A stretch of DNA of 64,000 nucleotides, from the NCBI GenBank assembly GCA_963798085.1, contig CAWCRS010000005.1:416001-480000 (forward strand), in the 5' to 3' direction. Position numbers and translations under genes: made by a program. The notes beneath the pieces are model-generated. The model was not told the DNA's origin, searched no databases, and saw only the letters and a program-made list of their open reading frames with translations. This DNA is from an uncultured Gemmatimonadales bacterium (GTDB lineage: Bacteria > Gemmatimonadota > Gemmatimonadetes > Longimicrobiales > RSA9). Below are positions 43,532-54,200 of this stretch, in pieces (position 1 is the first letter of the stretch; every line of letters begins with the position of its first letter).

Positions 43532-44736
43532 ATGGCGAGCCGAGCGATCCACGCTCTGCGACGCGCCGCTCGAGGAAAGGCCTGCTCGAACGCAACGAGC
43601 TCTTCGAGCGACTTCTTCGCCCGGGAAGCGCCGCGCCTGGCCGAGGCCTGCCGCGAGATGTCGTAGCGCTTCCTGCGCGGCGGGCCGGCTGCTGGCGTTC
43701 GGACGGGGGCCGTACGCCACCGACGCGCAGCACGTGTCGGTCGAGTTCGTGCATCCCGGTCATCGTGGGCAAGCGGGCGCTGCCCGCGCTCGATCTCTCG
43801 CTGCTGTTCGGGCCGTGGCTGGAGGCGATCGCTGCAGCCCGAAGACATCGTGATGGGCTTCGGGCCGCCCGACGGCGATCCCGAAGTGCCGGCGGCGCTG
43901 CGACTGGCCGCGGGCCGGGGCGCGATGACATTCGCGCTGCCGGGCAGCGACGGCTCCTATGCCGTGGCGCCGGCGACGCGCCGATCCCTTCATGCACCAG
44001 GAACTGGTCGGAGATTCTCTATCACACGCTCTGGGAACGGTGCACGTCTTCTTCGAGCACCGCGAGCTGGGACACGCATGTCGGGCAGGCCGGCTTTCTG
44101 TATCCGTTCCTCGGGCAGGCGACGCCAGGACGAGCCGGACGCTCCTGCCGAGGTCGCGGCTCCATCCGCATGAAGGTGGCGGACGATGCGCAGCTGCGGC
44201 GCCGGGTGGCGCGGGAGCAGGCCGAGCCGATCAGCCGATGCCACGCGTGGCCATCAGCGAGCGGCTGGCGCGGGGCGGCAAGCTCATCATGCTCGGCAAC
44301 GGCGGCTCGGCGACCGACGCCAACGACTTGGCGCTCGATTGCGTGGCGCCGCCGCCCGGGTACGCGGCCGCTGCCGGCCATCTCGCTGGCGCTCGAGCCC
44401 GCCAACATCACGGCGATCGCGAATGATGTCGGCATCGACGTCGTTTTCCTGCGCCAGCTGATCGCCCATGGCGCAGCCCGGACGATGTGGTGATCGCGAT
44501 CTCCACCAGCGGCGGCTCGCGCAATATCATCGTGGCGCTGGAGGAGGCGCGTCGGCGGGGTTTGCTGACGCGTGGCACTGCTGGGCTACGACGGTGGCGA
44601 GATCCGGCGCCGCGGGCTGGCCGATTTTTCGCTCGTCGTGCAGTCCGACTACATCCCGCGCATCCAGGAAGTGCAGGCGAGCATCTACCACATCATGCGC
44701 GAAGGACTGGAGCAGGCGAGGCATGGCGCGCATTGA
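43532..44736 (+). CDS. GmhA-like double SIS-domain protein (heavily frameshifted)
   Basis: Fragments ATDAQHVSVEFVHP, GNGGSATDAND, ITAIANDVG, AISTSGGSRNI, SDYIPRIQEVQ. Confidence 0.8.
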
Positions 44737-45019
44737 GCTGTACGGCACGGCGGGCTGTCAGGCCACGCAGGACATGCGCGAGTGGCTGGACTGGCGCGGC
44801 GTCGAGTTTGCCGAATTCGATGTCGAGGCGGACCCGCAGGCGAGGGAGCGGCTGCGCGCGCTGGCGGGCGATCCGCGCACGGTGCCCGTACTCATTGAGG
44901 ACGGACGCGTGGCGCAGGTAGGCTGGCAGGGTCGCGGTTGCGTCATTGGCGACCACACGCCCGGGAACATGCAGGCGGGGATGAGCCCGCCGCCCTTGTC
45001 GAGTCGGATGGGCGGCTGA
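44723..45019 (+). CDS. Glutaredoxin/NrdH-like protein
   Basis: IELYGTAGCQAT, FDVEAD, RTVPVLIEDG, GWQGRGC. Confidence 0.8.
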   Translation: MARIELYGTAGCQATQDMREWLDWRGVEFAEFDVEADPQARERLRALAGDPRTVPVLIEDGRVAQVGWQGRGCVIGDHTPGNMQAGMSPPPLSSRMGG

Positions 45020-45021
45020 CC

Positions 45022-45366
45022 ATGCACGAGTTGTCGATTGCCCTGAGCCTGGTGGATGCAGCGCGCGAGGAGGGCGAGCGACTGGGCACGCCGGTGCTGG
45101 CCGTACACGTGCGCGTGGGTCGCCTCTCGGGCGTGGTGAGCGAGGCGCTGCTCTCCTGCTACGAGATCGCGTGCCACGAGACACCGCTGCAGGGCTCGCG
45201 ACTGGTGATCGAGGAAGTGCCCGTGGTGGTCTTCTGCGATGACTGCCGCGCGCAGCGGGACCTGCCCCTGGGCTCGTGGTTCACGTGTCCGGAGTGCGGC
45301 GCGCCGACGCCCGATGTGCGGCAGGGTCGCGAGCTGGAGCTGGTGGCGCTGGAGGTGGCGGCGTGA
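45022..45366 (+). CDS. hypA: Nickel metallochaperone HypA
   Basis: MHELSIA, CDDC..CPEC, GREL. Confidence 0.96.
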   Translation: MHELSIALSLVDAAREEGERLGTPVLAVHVRVGRLSGVVSEALLSCYEIACHETPLQGSRLVIEEVPVVVFCDDCRAQRDLPLGSWFTCPECGAPTPDVRQGRELELVALEVAA

Positions 45367-46070
45367 GCACGGAACCGCGTCTGGTCGAGGTGCGCAGGAA
45401 CGTGCTCAAGGAGAACGATCGTGCAGCCCGCCAGTTGCGCGAGCAGTTCCGCGCCGCGGGCGTCTGCACGGTGAGCCTGGTCTCGGGTCCGGGCTCGGGC
45501 AAGACGATGTTCCTGGAGCGCACGCTGACGCTGCTGCAGCCCGGATACCGTGTGGCCGCGCTCGTGGGTGACCTGGCAACCGAAAACGATGCGCAGCGAC
45601 TCGCGCGCAGCAAGGCACCGGTGCGCCAGATCGTGACCGGCACAGTCTGTCACCTGGAAGCCGCGATGGTGCAGCGGGCGGCAGAAGGCTGGGACTTCGG
45701 ACAGCTCGACTTCCTCTTCATCGAGAACGTGGGCAACCTGGTGTGTCCCGCATCGTTCGATCTCGGCGAAGAACTGCGGCTCGTCCTGATGTCCGTGACG
45801 GAAGGCGAAGACAAGCCCCTCAAGTACCCTACCATCTTCAACACCGCGGACGTCGCGATCATCACGAAGCTGGACCTGGCCGCCGCGGTGGAGTTCGACC
45901 AAGACACCGCCACGCGCAACATCCTCGCCGTGCGTCCGGGTATGCCGATTCTGTGCGTGTCGGCGCGCACCGGTGAGGGCATGAGCACGTGGCTCGAGCT
46001 GCTGGCCTCGCGCCGGCGGCAGCTGCACGCTTCGGGGAGCGACCACGCCGCACTGTCGGGAGCGCTGTAA
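45363..46070 (+). CDS. hypB: Nickel-insertion GTPase HypB
   Basis: SGPGSGKT, CHLEA, IENVGNLVCPASFDLGE, TEGEDKPLKYP. Confidence 0.97.
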   Translation: MSTEPRLVEVRRNVLKENDRAARQLREQFRAAGVCTVSLVSGPGSGKTMFLERTLTLLQPGYRVAALVGDLATENDAQRLARSKAPVRQIVTGTVCHLEAAMVQRAAEGWDFGQLDFLFIENVGNLVCPASFDLGEELRLVLMSVTEGEDKPLKYPTIFNTADVAIITKLDLAAAVEFDQDTATRNILAVRPGMPILCVSARTGEGMSTWLELLASRRRQLHASGSDHAALSGAL

Positions 46071-46251
46071 GACACACGCCCACCTTCCCTGTGCCGCGCA
46101 CACACGCCGCACGAGCCCCGGCATTGCACCACCCGTCGTCGCCTGCAAGGTGCACAGATGGAGGCGCGCCGGGCTTCCCTAACAACGAGTCAGGGGCGCG
46201 CGCGGCCGGGCGCGGAGCCTGGCTGCGACCGCGGTGGCCGATGGGTGCGGA

Positions 46252-46464
46252 TCAGGCGCGGCGCGAGCGCGGGAGCAGAGCCATGAAGTGACGCGTGCAG
46301 CTGCGGCAGTAGCGCCAGCGCAGGCGGCGGAAGATTGTCGATGCCAGGAAGACGTGGGAGGACCGGCGGAACGGTTCCATGGTGTCCGATGACGAGCAGA
46401 AGGGGCAGACGGGAAGATGCCGCCTGCGTGCTTCGCTGTTTGAATCGACACTGGCAGCGGTCAT
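46252..46464 (-). CDS. Small putative zinc-ribbon protein
   Basis: CPFC and CRSC pairs in a basic ~70 aa ORF; start uncertain. Confidence 0.45.
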   Translation of the reverse strand: MTAASVDSNSEARRRHLPVCPFCSSSDTMEPFRRSSHVFLASTIFRRLRWRYCRSCTRHFMALLPRSRRA

Positions 46465-46988
46465 CGTTCCCGGCACGATGAGAGGCAGGCCGGCACTGGC
46501 ACCGCCCCGGCCCTGATCCGGGATCGATTCCGCCTGCGTCGGCTCGATGACAGCCTCGGGCAAAGGTGCGGCCAGTTCGGCCGCCTCCGCGCGCTCCATC
46601 CTCGGATCCACGATCTGCCTGTCCAGAAGCGATTTACACCCGGTGAACCGGAAGAGATGACGAGCTTGTCATGCATCCACCTGTGGCGCGAACTCCCGGT
46701 CCGACGACCGCCCGCTACAGCCCGGTACACGCTCAGGGTCTCGTGCCGCAGCTCTGGCGAACCCGCGCCCGGCCAGAAGGTCGGCAGCAGCCCGTGCGCG
46801 GTGCGTCTCCATGATAGGCCCTGGCCCGTATGCGCCGCCAGTTGCACAGCGGGGGCGGAGCGGAATTTCGCTTCGAGACGCTGGTCACAATGAAGCATGG
46901 CATTCGTCTCTCGCCAGCCGGAGCGTGGCGGCGTAGGTTGGGAGCTTCCCCTTCACCTCAATCCGTCGTCGGACGGGGAGTCGATCAC

Positions 46989-49900
46989 ATGCTCGCAGCC
47001 CGTCGATTCATGCTGGCAGGAGCGCTGGGCGGAATGCTCGCCAGCGCCGGCGTGCAGGCGCAGGCGACGCCCGCCACGCAGCAGGGCAACAAGCGGATCA
47101 CGCCTGAGGACATGCGCGCGTGGAATACGATCCGGCAGAGCGCGCTGTCGGGTGATGGCAAGTGGTTCGCGTACGTGGTAGCGCCGGCCGAGGGCGATGC
47201 CACCGTAGTGCTGCGCGGCACGGCGCAGAACGCGACGGAGACCCGCATTCCCGTGGGCGAGGGCGGCGGTCAGATCGCGATTTCGGGCGATTCGAAATGG
47301 CTGGGCTTCATTGTGGCGCCGCCGCGTCCGCCAGCGGGCGCGAATCGCGGCGGCCGGGGCGGCCGCGGTGGTCGGGGCGGCGGTGGCGGCGGGCAAGGCG
47401 CGGATTCGGCGGCCAGTCGCGCCGCCAACAAGTTCGTGCTGATGAATCTGGCGACGGGCGAGAGGAAGGAATTCGATCGCATCCGCCGCTTCAGCTTCAG
47501 CGGCGACGCCCCGGTGTGGGTGGCGCTGGGCGGCTATCCGGTGGAAGGGGGCGCGCCGTCGGCGGGGGCAGCGCCCGCGGGGCGCGGCGGTCGCGGCGGC
47601 TTCCCGGGCGGGGCGGACTCCGGTTCGGAATCGGGCGGCGGCGGCGATCTGCTGCTGTACAACCTGGCGGGCGGCCAGCTGTTCAACATGGGCGTGGTGG
47701 GCGAGTACGCGTTCGACGACGCGGGCACGTGGCTGGCCTACACGATGGACGCGCCGGACCAGGTGGGCAACGGCGTGCAGCTGCGCAGTCTGAACACAAA
47801 CATCGTGTTATCACTGGAGAGCGACCGCCTGCTCTACCGGCACCTGGCCTGGCAGGACAGCACGGAAGTGCTGACCGTGATGCGCGGGAAGATCGATGAC
47901 GCGTCGCACGACACGGTGTTCTCGATCGAGGCGTTCAGTGGCATCAGTGACAGCGGCGCGAAGAACAAGCTGCTGTTCGATCCCGCAGGGCGGAACGACT
48001 TCCCGACAGGGATGAAGCTGGCATCGGAGCGCTCGCCGCACTTCGCGGATGATCTGTCGGCGGTGTTCTTCGGCATTCGCGAGGCGGCGAAGCCGGTGCC
48101 GCGCAACGGGCTGGCGGCGAACGGCCGGGGCTCGGCGATCCAGCCGGGAGCGCCCGGACCGGGCGGCACCATCAATCAGGGCCGCGGCGGCAGTGGCAGC
48201 AACGCGGATGAGGATCCCACGCTCATTCTCTGGCACGCGAAGGACCCGCGGCTGCAGTCGCAGCAGATCGTGCAGGAAGCGGCGGACCGCGCCTTCAACT
48301 ACCTGGCCGAATATCGCTTCAGCGACAACCGCTTCGTGCGCCTGGCGGATGACTCGCTGCGCAACGTGACCGTGACGTCGGGCGAGAAGTACGCATACGG
48401 CATCGACACGCGGGCCTACGACCAGGTGGCGAGCTACTCCGGGCGCAACTACCAGGACTTCTATCGCGTCGACCTGCGCACGGGCGCGCGCAAACTGGTC
48501 ATGAAGAAGAAGCCCGCGGTGGGTGGCATGACGCAGTCGCCGGACGGGCGCAAACTGCTCTACTGGGGCGACGACGGCAACTACTGGGTGCTGGACCTGG
48601 CGAATGGCGAGTCAGCCAACATCACGAAGGGTCTGGCGGCCAGTTTCGTGAACACGGAAGACGACCACAACAACCTGTATCCGCCGGCGATCCCGGCGCG
48701 CGGCTGGACCAAGGATGGCTCCGCCGTGCTGCTCTATGACAACTGGGACGTGTGGAAGGTACCGGTGAAGCCGGGCAGCGCCGTGGCCGTGAACCTCACC
48801 GGCGACGGCAGGAAGAACCAGATCCGCTATCAGCGCATTTACGAATTCGCTCGCAATGGCGGCGCGGCAGGCGGCGGTCGCGGTGGTCGCGGCGGCGGCG
48901 CGGGCCGCGGCGGCGGGCCAGGCGGCGGCAGGGCATCGACGTGTCGCAGCCGCTCTATTTCGGCACGTACGGCGAGTGGACCAAGAAGGAGGGGCTTGCG
49001 CGGGTGGATCCGGGCCAGGCGGGCGCGAAGAGCCTGTTCTTCGACGATGCGCGCTACAACATCGTCAAGGCCGACGATGCCGACGCCTACCTCTACACCA
49101 AGCAGACGTTTACGGAATACCCGGACTGGTGGGTCTTCAACAATGGCTTCAAGGGCGGCTACAAGATCACGGATGTGAATCCGCAGATGAAGGATTTCGC
49201 GTGGTCGAGCGGCACCCGGCTGATCGACTACACGAGCGACAAGGGCGACAAGCTGCAGGGAGCGCTGTACCTGCCGGCGAACTATCAGCCGGGCAAGAAG
49301 TATCCGCTGCTCGTGACGATCTACGAGAAGCGCTCACAGCAGAAGAACAGCTTCGTTTCACCCAGCGAGACGCGGGCGCCGGATCCCACGCTGTACACGA
49401 ACCGCGGCTATGCGGTGCTCGACCCGGACATCGTCTATCGCGTGAACGATCCGGGCATGTCGGCGGTGTGGTGCGTGGTGCCCGCGGTGAAGGCGGCGAT
49501 CGCGACGGGTATCGTGGATCCGGCGAAGGTCGGGTCTCTGGGGTCACTCGTGGGGGGGCTACCAGACCGCGTTCCTGGTGACGCAGACCAACATCTTCTC
49601 GGCTGCGATCGCGGGGGCACCGCTCACGGACATGGTGAGCATGTACAGCTCGATCTACTGGAACACGGGGGGCGCGAACCAGGCGATCTTCGAGTCGAGC
49701 CAGGGCCGCTTCAAGGGCAACTTCCTGGATAACTACGACGCGTACATCCGCAACTCGCCGGTATTCCACGCGAACAACGTGAAGACGCCGCTGATCATCC
49801 TGCACAACGACAAGGATGGCGCGGTCGATTTCAATCAGGGCATCACGTACTTCAACACGCTGCGCCAGCTGGGCAAGGACGTGATCCTGCTGGAGTACGT

Positions 49901-50099
49901 CGGCGAGAATCACGGGCTGGCGCGACCGGTGAACCAGAAGGACTACGCGATCCGCATGGGCGAGTGGTTCGACTACCATCTGAAGGGCGAGCCGGCCACG
50001 GACTGGATCAAGAACGGCGTGCCCCGCATCAAGATGGAGGAGCACCTGCAGATGCGTAAGGACACGGTGCCGCGCGCCATCTCGAACAACAACAACTGA
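46989..50099 (+). CDS. Secreted S9 family (prolyl oligopeptidase-like) peptidase; indels near 48925 and 49530
   Basis: Signal peptide, beta-propeller region, nucleophile motif GHSWGG in the corrected frame, ILHNDKDGAVD, GENHGL. Confidence 0.9.
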
Positions 50100-50123
50100 G
50101 CGCGTGCACGGAGCTGTGCGCGC

Positions 50124-50157
50124 GAACGGCCGCCGGATTCATTCCGGCGGCCGTTCC
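50124..50157 (+). terminator. Hairpin downstream of the peptidase
   Basis: GAACGGCCGCCGGA-TTCAT-TCCGGCGGCCGTTC perfect 14 bp stem; no clear U-tract. Confidence 0.55.
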
Positions 50158-50187
50158 TGCATCCGCGCTGCCGGCTCCGCGGCGGGC

Positions 50188-50231
50188 GTAGTGAAAACCC
50201 TGCTTGCGAAATGACGGACCAGCGGCAATCG
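50188..50231 (+). promoter_or_regulatory. Candidate regulated promoter of the nickel permease
   Basis: GTAGTGAAAACCCTGC-TTGCGA-16 bp-CAATCG, resembling the pattern upstream of hhyS. Confidence 0.4.
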
Positions 50232-50239
50232 TGACGGCC

Positions 50240-51046
50240 ATGACAAGCTGGGTGGCGGTGCTCGCGCTGGGGTTCTTCCTGGGGATGCGTCATGCGACGG
50301 ATCCCGATCACGTCCTCGCCGTGACGACGATCGTGTCGCGGTACCGGTCCGTCCGCGATGCGGCGCTGGTCGGGTTTTTCTGGGGCATTGGCCACACCCT
50401 GACCATTCTGGCCGTGGGCACCGGCATTGTGCTGTTCGGCTGGGTGATCCCGCCGCGGCTCGGCCTGTCGATGGAGTTCTCGGTGGGCCTCATGCTGATC
50501 CTGCTGGGCGGCTTCACGCTGGCGAGCGTGCTGCGGCGTGTCGATGAGACGGTGGCGCCGGCGAGGCGGGCGGAGCACACGCATTCGCACGCACACAGTC
50601 ACGGTGACTACATCCACACGCACCCGCACGGACACGGCCCGGACGTGCACCCGCACGCTGCCGAGCGAACGCCGCTCGCGTGGATCGATCGCAGATTCGG
50701 GCGGCTGGGCATCTACCAGATGGTGCGCCCGCTGATCGTGGGCATCGTGCACGGCCTGGCAGGCTCCGCGGCCGTCGCGTTGCTGGTGCTGACCACCATC
50801 CGCAGTCCGGAATGGGCTGTTATCTACCTGCTGATCTTCGGTGTGGGCACGGTCGTGGGGATGATGCTGATCACGGCCGCCATCGCGACGCCGTTCGCGT
50901 ACACACACGCCCGCTTCAGTCGTCTCAGCCGCAATCTGCGCCTTGCTTCCGGCATGCTGAGTCTGGGTTTCGGCCTGCTGATCGCGTACAAGCTGGGCGT
51001 CAGCAACGGCCTGTTCACGGGCCATCCCGTCTGGACACCGCGTTAG
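50240..51046 (+). CDS. High-affinity nickel/cobalt permease (NiCoT/UreH-like)
   Basis: GMRHATDPDH signature, GIGHT, His-rich loop HTHSHAHSHGDYIHTHPHGH, VGIVHGLAGSA; multiple transmembrane helices. Confidence 0.9.
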   Translation: MTSWVAVLALGFFLGMRHATDPDHVLAVTTIVSRYRSVRDAALVGFFWGIGHTLTILAVGTGIVLFGWVIPPRLGLSMEFSVGLMLILLGGFTLASVLRRVDETVAPARRAEHTHSHAHSHGDYIHTHPHGHGPDVHPHAAERTPLAWIDRRFGRLGIYQMVRPLIVGIVHGLAGSAAVALLVLTTIRSPEWAVIYLLIFGVGTVVGMMLITAAIATPFAYTHARFSRLSRNLRLASGMLSLGFGLLIAYKLGVSNGLFTGHPVWTPR

Positions 51047-51113
51047 GACACCGCTGCCGGCACAACGGATTCGGTCCGGCAGGGCGACGACGCATCGTCG
51101 CCTGAACTCCGTT

Positions 51114-52077
51114 TCAGCTGAAGCCGGCGCGGTACTCGGCGAGCGTGACGCCGGGAATGGAGAGCGATGCGATGTGGCCGAACAGGCGCTCGAGGTGCGC
51201 GTAGAGCACGTCGATGTCTGCGGCCGTGCGGAACGTGGGACTGCCCGCGGGCATGAGCTCGGACGAGTGCAGCATGAACTCGATCACCGGCAGCTGGCGC
51301 TGCGTGGCCCAGTCCACGATGCCCAGGAGTGTCTCGATGTTCACGCCGTTGGGGCGCAGCCACAGGTTGGGGGGGCCCATGGTGCGGCGCAGCACACGCC
51401 CCGCGAAGTTGTCCTCGACCACACGGTGCAGCCGCTTGATCATCGCCGAGTGATTCGGGCGGATGGTCATGGGCACTTCCAGCAGCGGCGATGCGCCACT
51501 GCTGGCGATGTCCTGCGGGTCGAGGAAGTAGGGCCGGTCGGGAAAGCCTGTGTAGTCAGGGCCGCCGCGGCCGTGGGCAGCGCCGGGATACTTCTTCCAC
51601 GACACGCCGGGCGTCACCGAGCAGTCCACGAGGTACCCCGCATTGACGAGCACGCGAGCCACGCGCTCGTCGAAGCCCCAGCGACCCGCGCGGTGCGAGA
51701 GCGGCTGCGCCTCGAAGACATCAGCGAGCATGCGTGTCAGGTAGTCCACTTTCGCGCACAGCAACTCATCGGACAGCTCGTACATGTAGAGCTGGTCGCC
51801 ATGGCCATTGCCGTCGACGGGCGGCGAGTCCCACGCGTGCACATGCAGTCCGATCTCGCCAACCGCGCGGCGCAGCACGTCGCGGCCGAAATCCTGGAAG
51901 CGCGGGTCGGCAGCCATCTCCGTAATTCACGAGCCATGTGGGCTTGAAGCCGTAGCGGTCGCAGAGTGACTGGAAGCGCGGCAGGTAGCGCGTGTTCTCG
52001 GTGGTGACTCGCGCGGGCCGGCTCCACAGGTCGTCGCCCTCCGTATCGATCGTGATGATGAAGACAGGCGCGGACAT
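51114..52077 (-). CDS. Polysaccharide deacetylase-like protein (WalW-type); indel near 51925
   Basis: IITIDTEGD, EIGLHVHAW, SHRAGRW, VDCSVTPG, FMLHSSEL. Confidence 0.8.
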
Positions 52078-53831
52078 CAGGCCTCGTTCAGCGCGGCGAT
52101 CATGCCGGCAACGCTCGCCGCAATGCGTGCGTAGCACTGCTGGAACGCGGCAGTCGGCTGACCCCACGGATCCGCGATCTCGTATCCGGATCCGTCCTCC
52201 GCGAACGAGCCCAGGAAGAAGAGCTTCCTGCGGGCGTGCGGCCAGGTGTCGCTGAGCTCGCGATAGTCGCGGAAATCCATGCACAGGATGGCAGTGGCGC
52301 GATCGATGAGCGTGCGGTCGAGCGTACGTGACCGGTGCGCGTCGAGGTCGAGCTGGTGTTCCCGCGCCGCGCTGCGCGCTTCACCAGGCGATTCACGCCC
52401 CGCCACAGGGTAGGTGCCCGCGGAGATCCACTCGATTCCCTTCCCCCGACGTTCCGGCGAAGCGCGTCGCGCACTCGCCTCGGCAAACGGGCTGCGGCAG
52501 ATGTTGCCACGACAAATGAAAAGCACCGTCCCGCCATTGCGCAACACGCGACGCAGCCGGGCCCGCTGCCGGCGACGCCAGCCCGGCGAGGATCCCAGGC
52601 GGCCGAACAGGGCCCGCCGGGCGCGCATGTTCAGGCGGCGAGGAAACGCATTCGCGGCCCGCCCGATCTCGACGAGGCCGGGCACCGGATCATCCAATGT
52701 GATCGTGTCCCAGTGCTCGCGTCCCAGCACAGTGTTAGACAGACCCTGGGCCGCCATTTTGACGGGCACCACGAGGGCGCGTGCCGTCGAGCCCGCGCAA
52801 GCCATGCGTTCGCGCAGCCAGCCCACATCCTTGCCGGGATTGCGGCAGTAGACGCCCAGGCGGTACGGCGCAGGCGTGGGGCGCCGGCCGTTGACCAGCA
52901 GATCGAACAGGTGGAAGGGGAAATCCAGGCCCGCCGCGACGGCCAGCGGCAGCGATCCCCAGAAGCGCCCGTTGATCTCCATGAGCGCGAACCGGCCGGT
53001 CGCGGGGTCGCGCTTGTACTCGACCATGGCAACACCCGTCCAGCGCAACGCCTCGAGCAGTTTGCGCGAGGCTTCCAGCATGGCCGGGTCGAGCGCGACG
53101 CTCCTGCGGTAGCTGCTGCCGCCGCCGCTGAGCGGCTCGTGCACGCGCTCGTGCTGAAAGGCATCCACGATCTCGCCGCGATCGGCAAGGAACTCCTGCC
53201 CGGCGCCCTCACCCGGGAAATAGCTCTGGATCAGCACCGGGCCAATGCCGAGGAGACCCCCAACCATGCGGGTCAGTTCGCCGGCATCGTTCGCGGAACG
53301 GACCTGGAGGTCGAGTCGTCGCCCATCCTGCCACACCTTGGATGAGACCGGCTTGACGATGAGCGGGAAGCGCCACCGGTCATCGGCGAGAACCGCATTG
53401 AGGTCGTCCAGCGAAGCGACTGCCACTGAATCCGGCGAGGGCACCCCCAGCGTGTCCGCCAGCGCGAATGTCAGGTCCTTGCGATAGCTGTGCGTGAAGC
53501 CGTACTCGTCCGGAATGGCGAGACGGGCGAGCGGCGCGAAGTCGGCGCGGTGCTGCGCCAGCGGCACGAGGCTCTGGTCCGAGCAGGGCAGCACGAGGTC
53601 CATGGGCTCGCGTTCGAGCACTGAACGCACTTCCGCCAGCCACTGACCGGTCTGCAGTCCTGTCGAGGGCAGGAATACGGTGCGCGCGACGTAGCGCGAA
53701 CGGGGCACCACCGAGTCGCTTTCCTCGGTACCGAGCCATACCTCGATGCCCTTCCGTCCGAGCGACCGCACCACCGTGAGACAGCTCCGGTTGTCCTCGC
53801 CAAGGACGAGCGCGCGTGGCCGATCAGGCAT
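52077..53831 (-). CDS. ATP-grasp protein fused to a low-molecular-weight protein tyrosine phosphatase domain
   Basis: VRSLGRKG, FPLIVKP, GVAMVEYK..MEINGRFWGS; C-terminal CRGNICRS P-loop and IADPW. Confidence 0.88.
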   Translation of the reverse strand: MPDRPRALVLGEDNRSCLTVVRSLGRKGIEVWLGTEESDSVVPRSRYVARTVFLPSTGLQTGQWLAEVRSVLEREPMDLVLPCSDQSLVPLAQHRADFAPLARLAIPDEYGFTHSYRKDLTFALADTLGVPSPDSVAVASLDDLNAVLADDRWRFPLIVKPVSSKVWQDGRRLDLQVRSANDAGELTRMVGGLLGIGPVLIQSYFPGEGAGQEFLADRGEIVDAFQHERVHEPLSGGGSSYRRSVALDPAMLEASRKLLEALRWTGVAMVEYKRDPATGRFALMEINGRFWGSLPLAVAAGLDFPFHLFDLLVNGRRPTPAPYRLGVYCRNPGKDVGWLRERMACAGSTARALVVPVKMAAQGLSNTVLGREHWDTITLDDPVPGLVEIGRAANAFPRRLNMRARRALFGRLGSSPGWRRRQRARLRRVLRNGGTVLFICRGNICRSPFAEASARRASPERRGKGIEWISAGTYPVAGRESPGEARSAAREHQLDLDAHRSRTLDRTLIDRATAILCMDFRDYRELSDTWPHARRKLFFLGSFAEDGSGYEIADPWGQPTAAFQQCYARIAASVAGMIAALNEA

Positions 53832-54200
53832 GCACCACAAACTGTCGATTCAGGCGACGACGGGTCTTCGAGTGCCGGCGCCTGCGGCGGGTGTTTCGGT
53901 CTGATCGTGCTCCGGGACCAGCCTGGATCATCGTACTCCCGTGTTTCGAACGGATCCCATGTGTGCCGGCTCTTTGGGCCGTGGGTAAGGCAGGAGCCGT
54001 GCCGACCAGCGTATGCCTTTGTACCGGGCACGGCGAACGTGCTTTGCGCCTGTTTCCTGCTTCCCGTTGATGCGCGCCGGCCACAAGGGTTGACCGGAAG
54101 CGCGCCGGCCGCGGGAGCTGCTCGCGATTCCGCGGCCGGGCTCTACTACCCGCGTTCCAGTCGAATCATCCGTGGCGCGCGCTCTTCACGCGACGAGGTG

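Noticed and set aside
43664..43666. In-frame TAG in the SIS gene as pyrrolysine or stop-codon recoding
   Set aside because: It lies in the most error-dense stretch, one substitution from GAG; TAG is a normal stop elsewhere in the window and no pyl genes are seen
41960..44600. Decay of hypD, hypE and the SIS gene (dead hydrogenase locus)
   Set aside because: All motifs are recoverable across frames, flanking genes are intact, and essential genes show the same error pattern; raw reads are needed to exclude it fully
50182..50191. GCGGGCGTAG match to the 5' end of tRNA-Gly as an att site
   Set aside because: Only 10 bp, GC-rich, on the opposite strand and the wrong end of the tRNA; compatible with chance
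50100..50240. NiCo or cobalamin riboswitch upstream of the nickel permease
   Set aside because: The spacer is short and taken up by a terminator-like hairpin and a promoter-like motif; no recognisable riboswitch consensus
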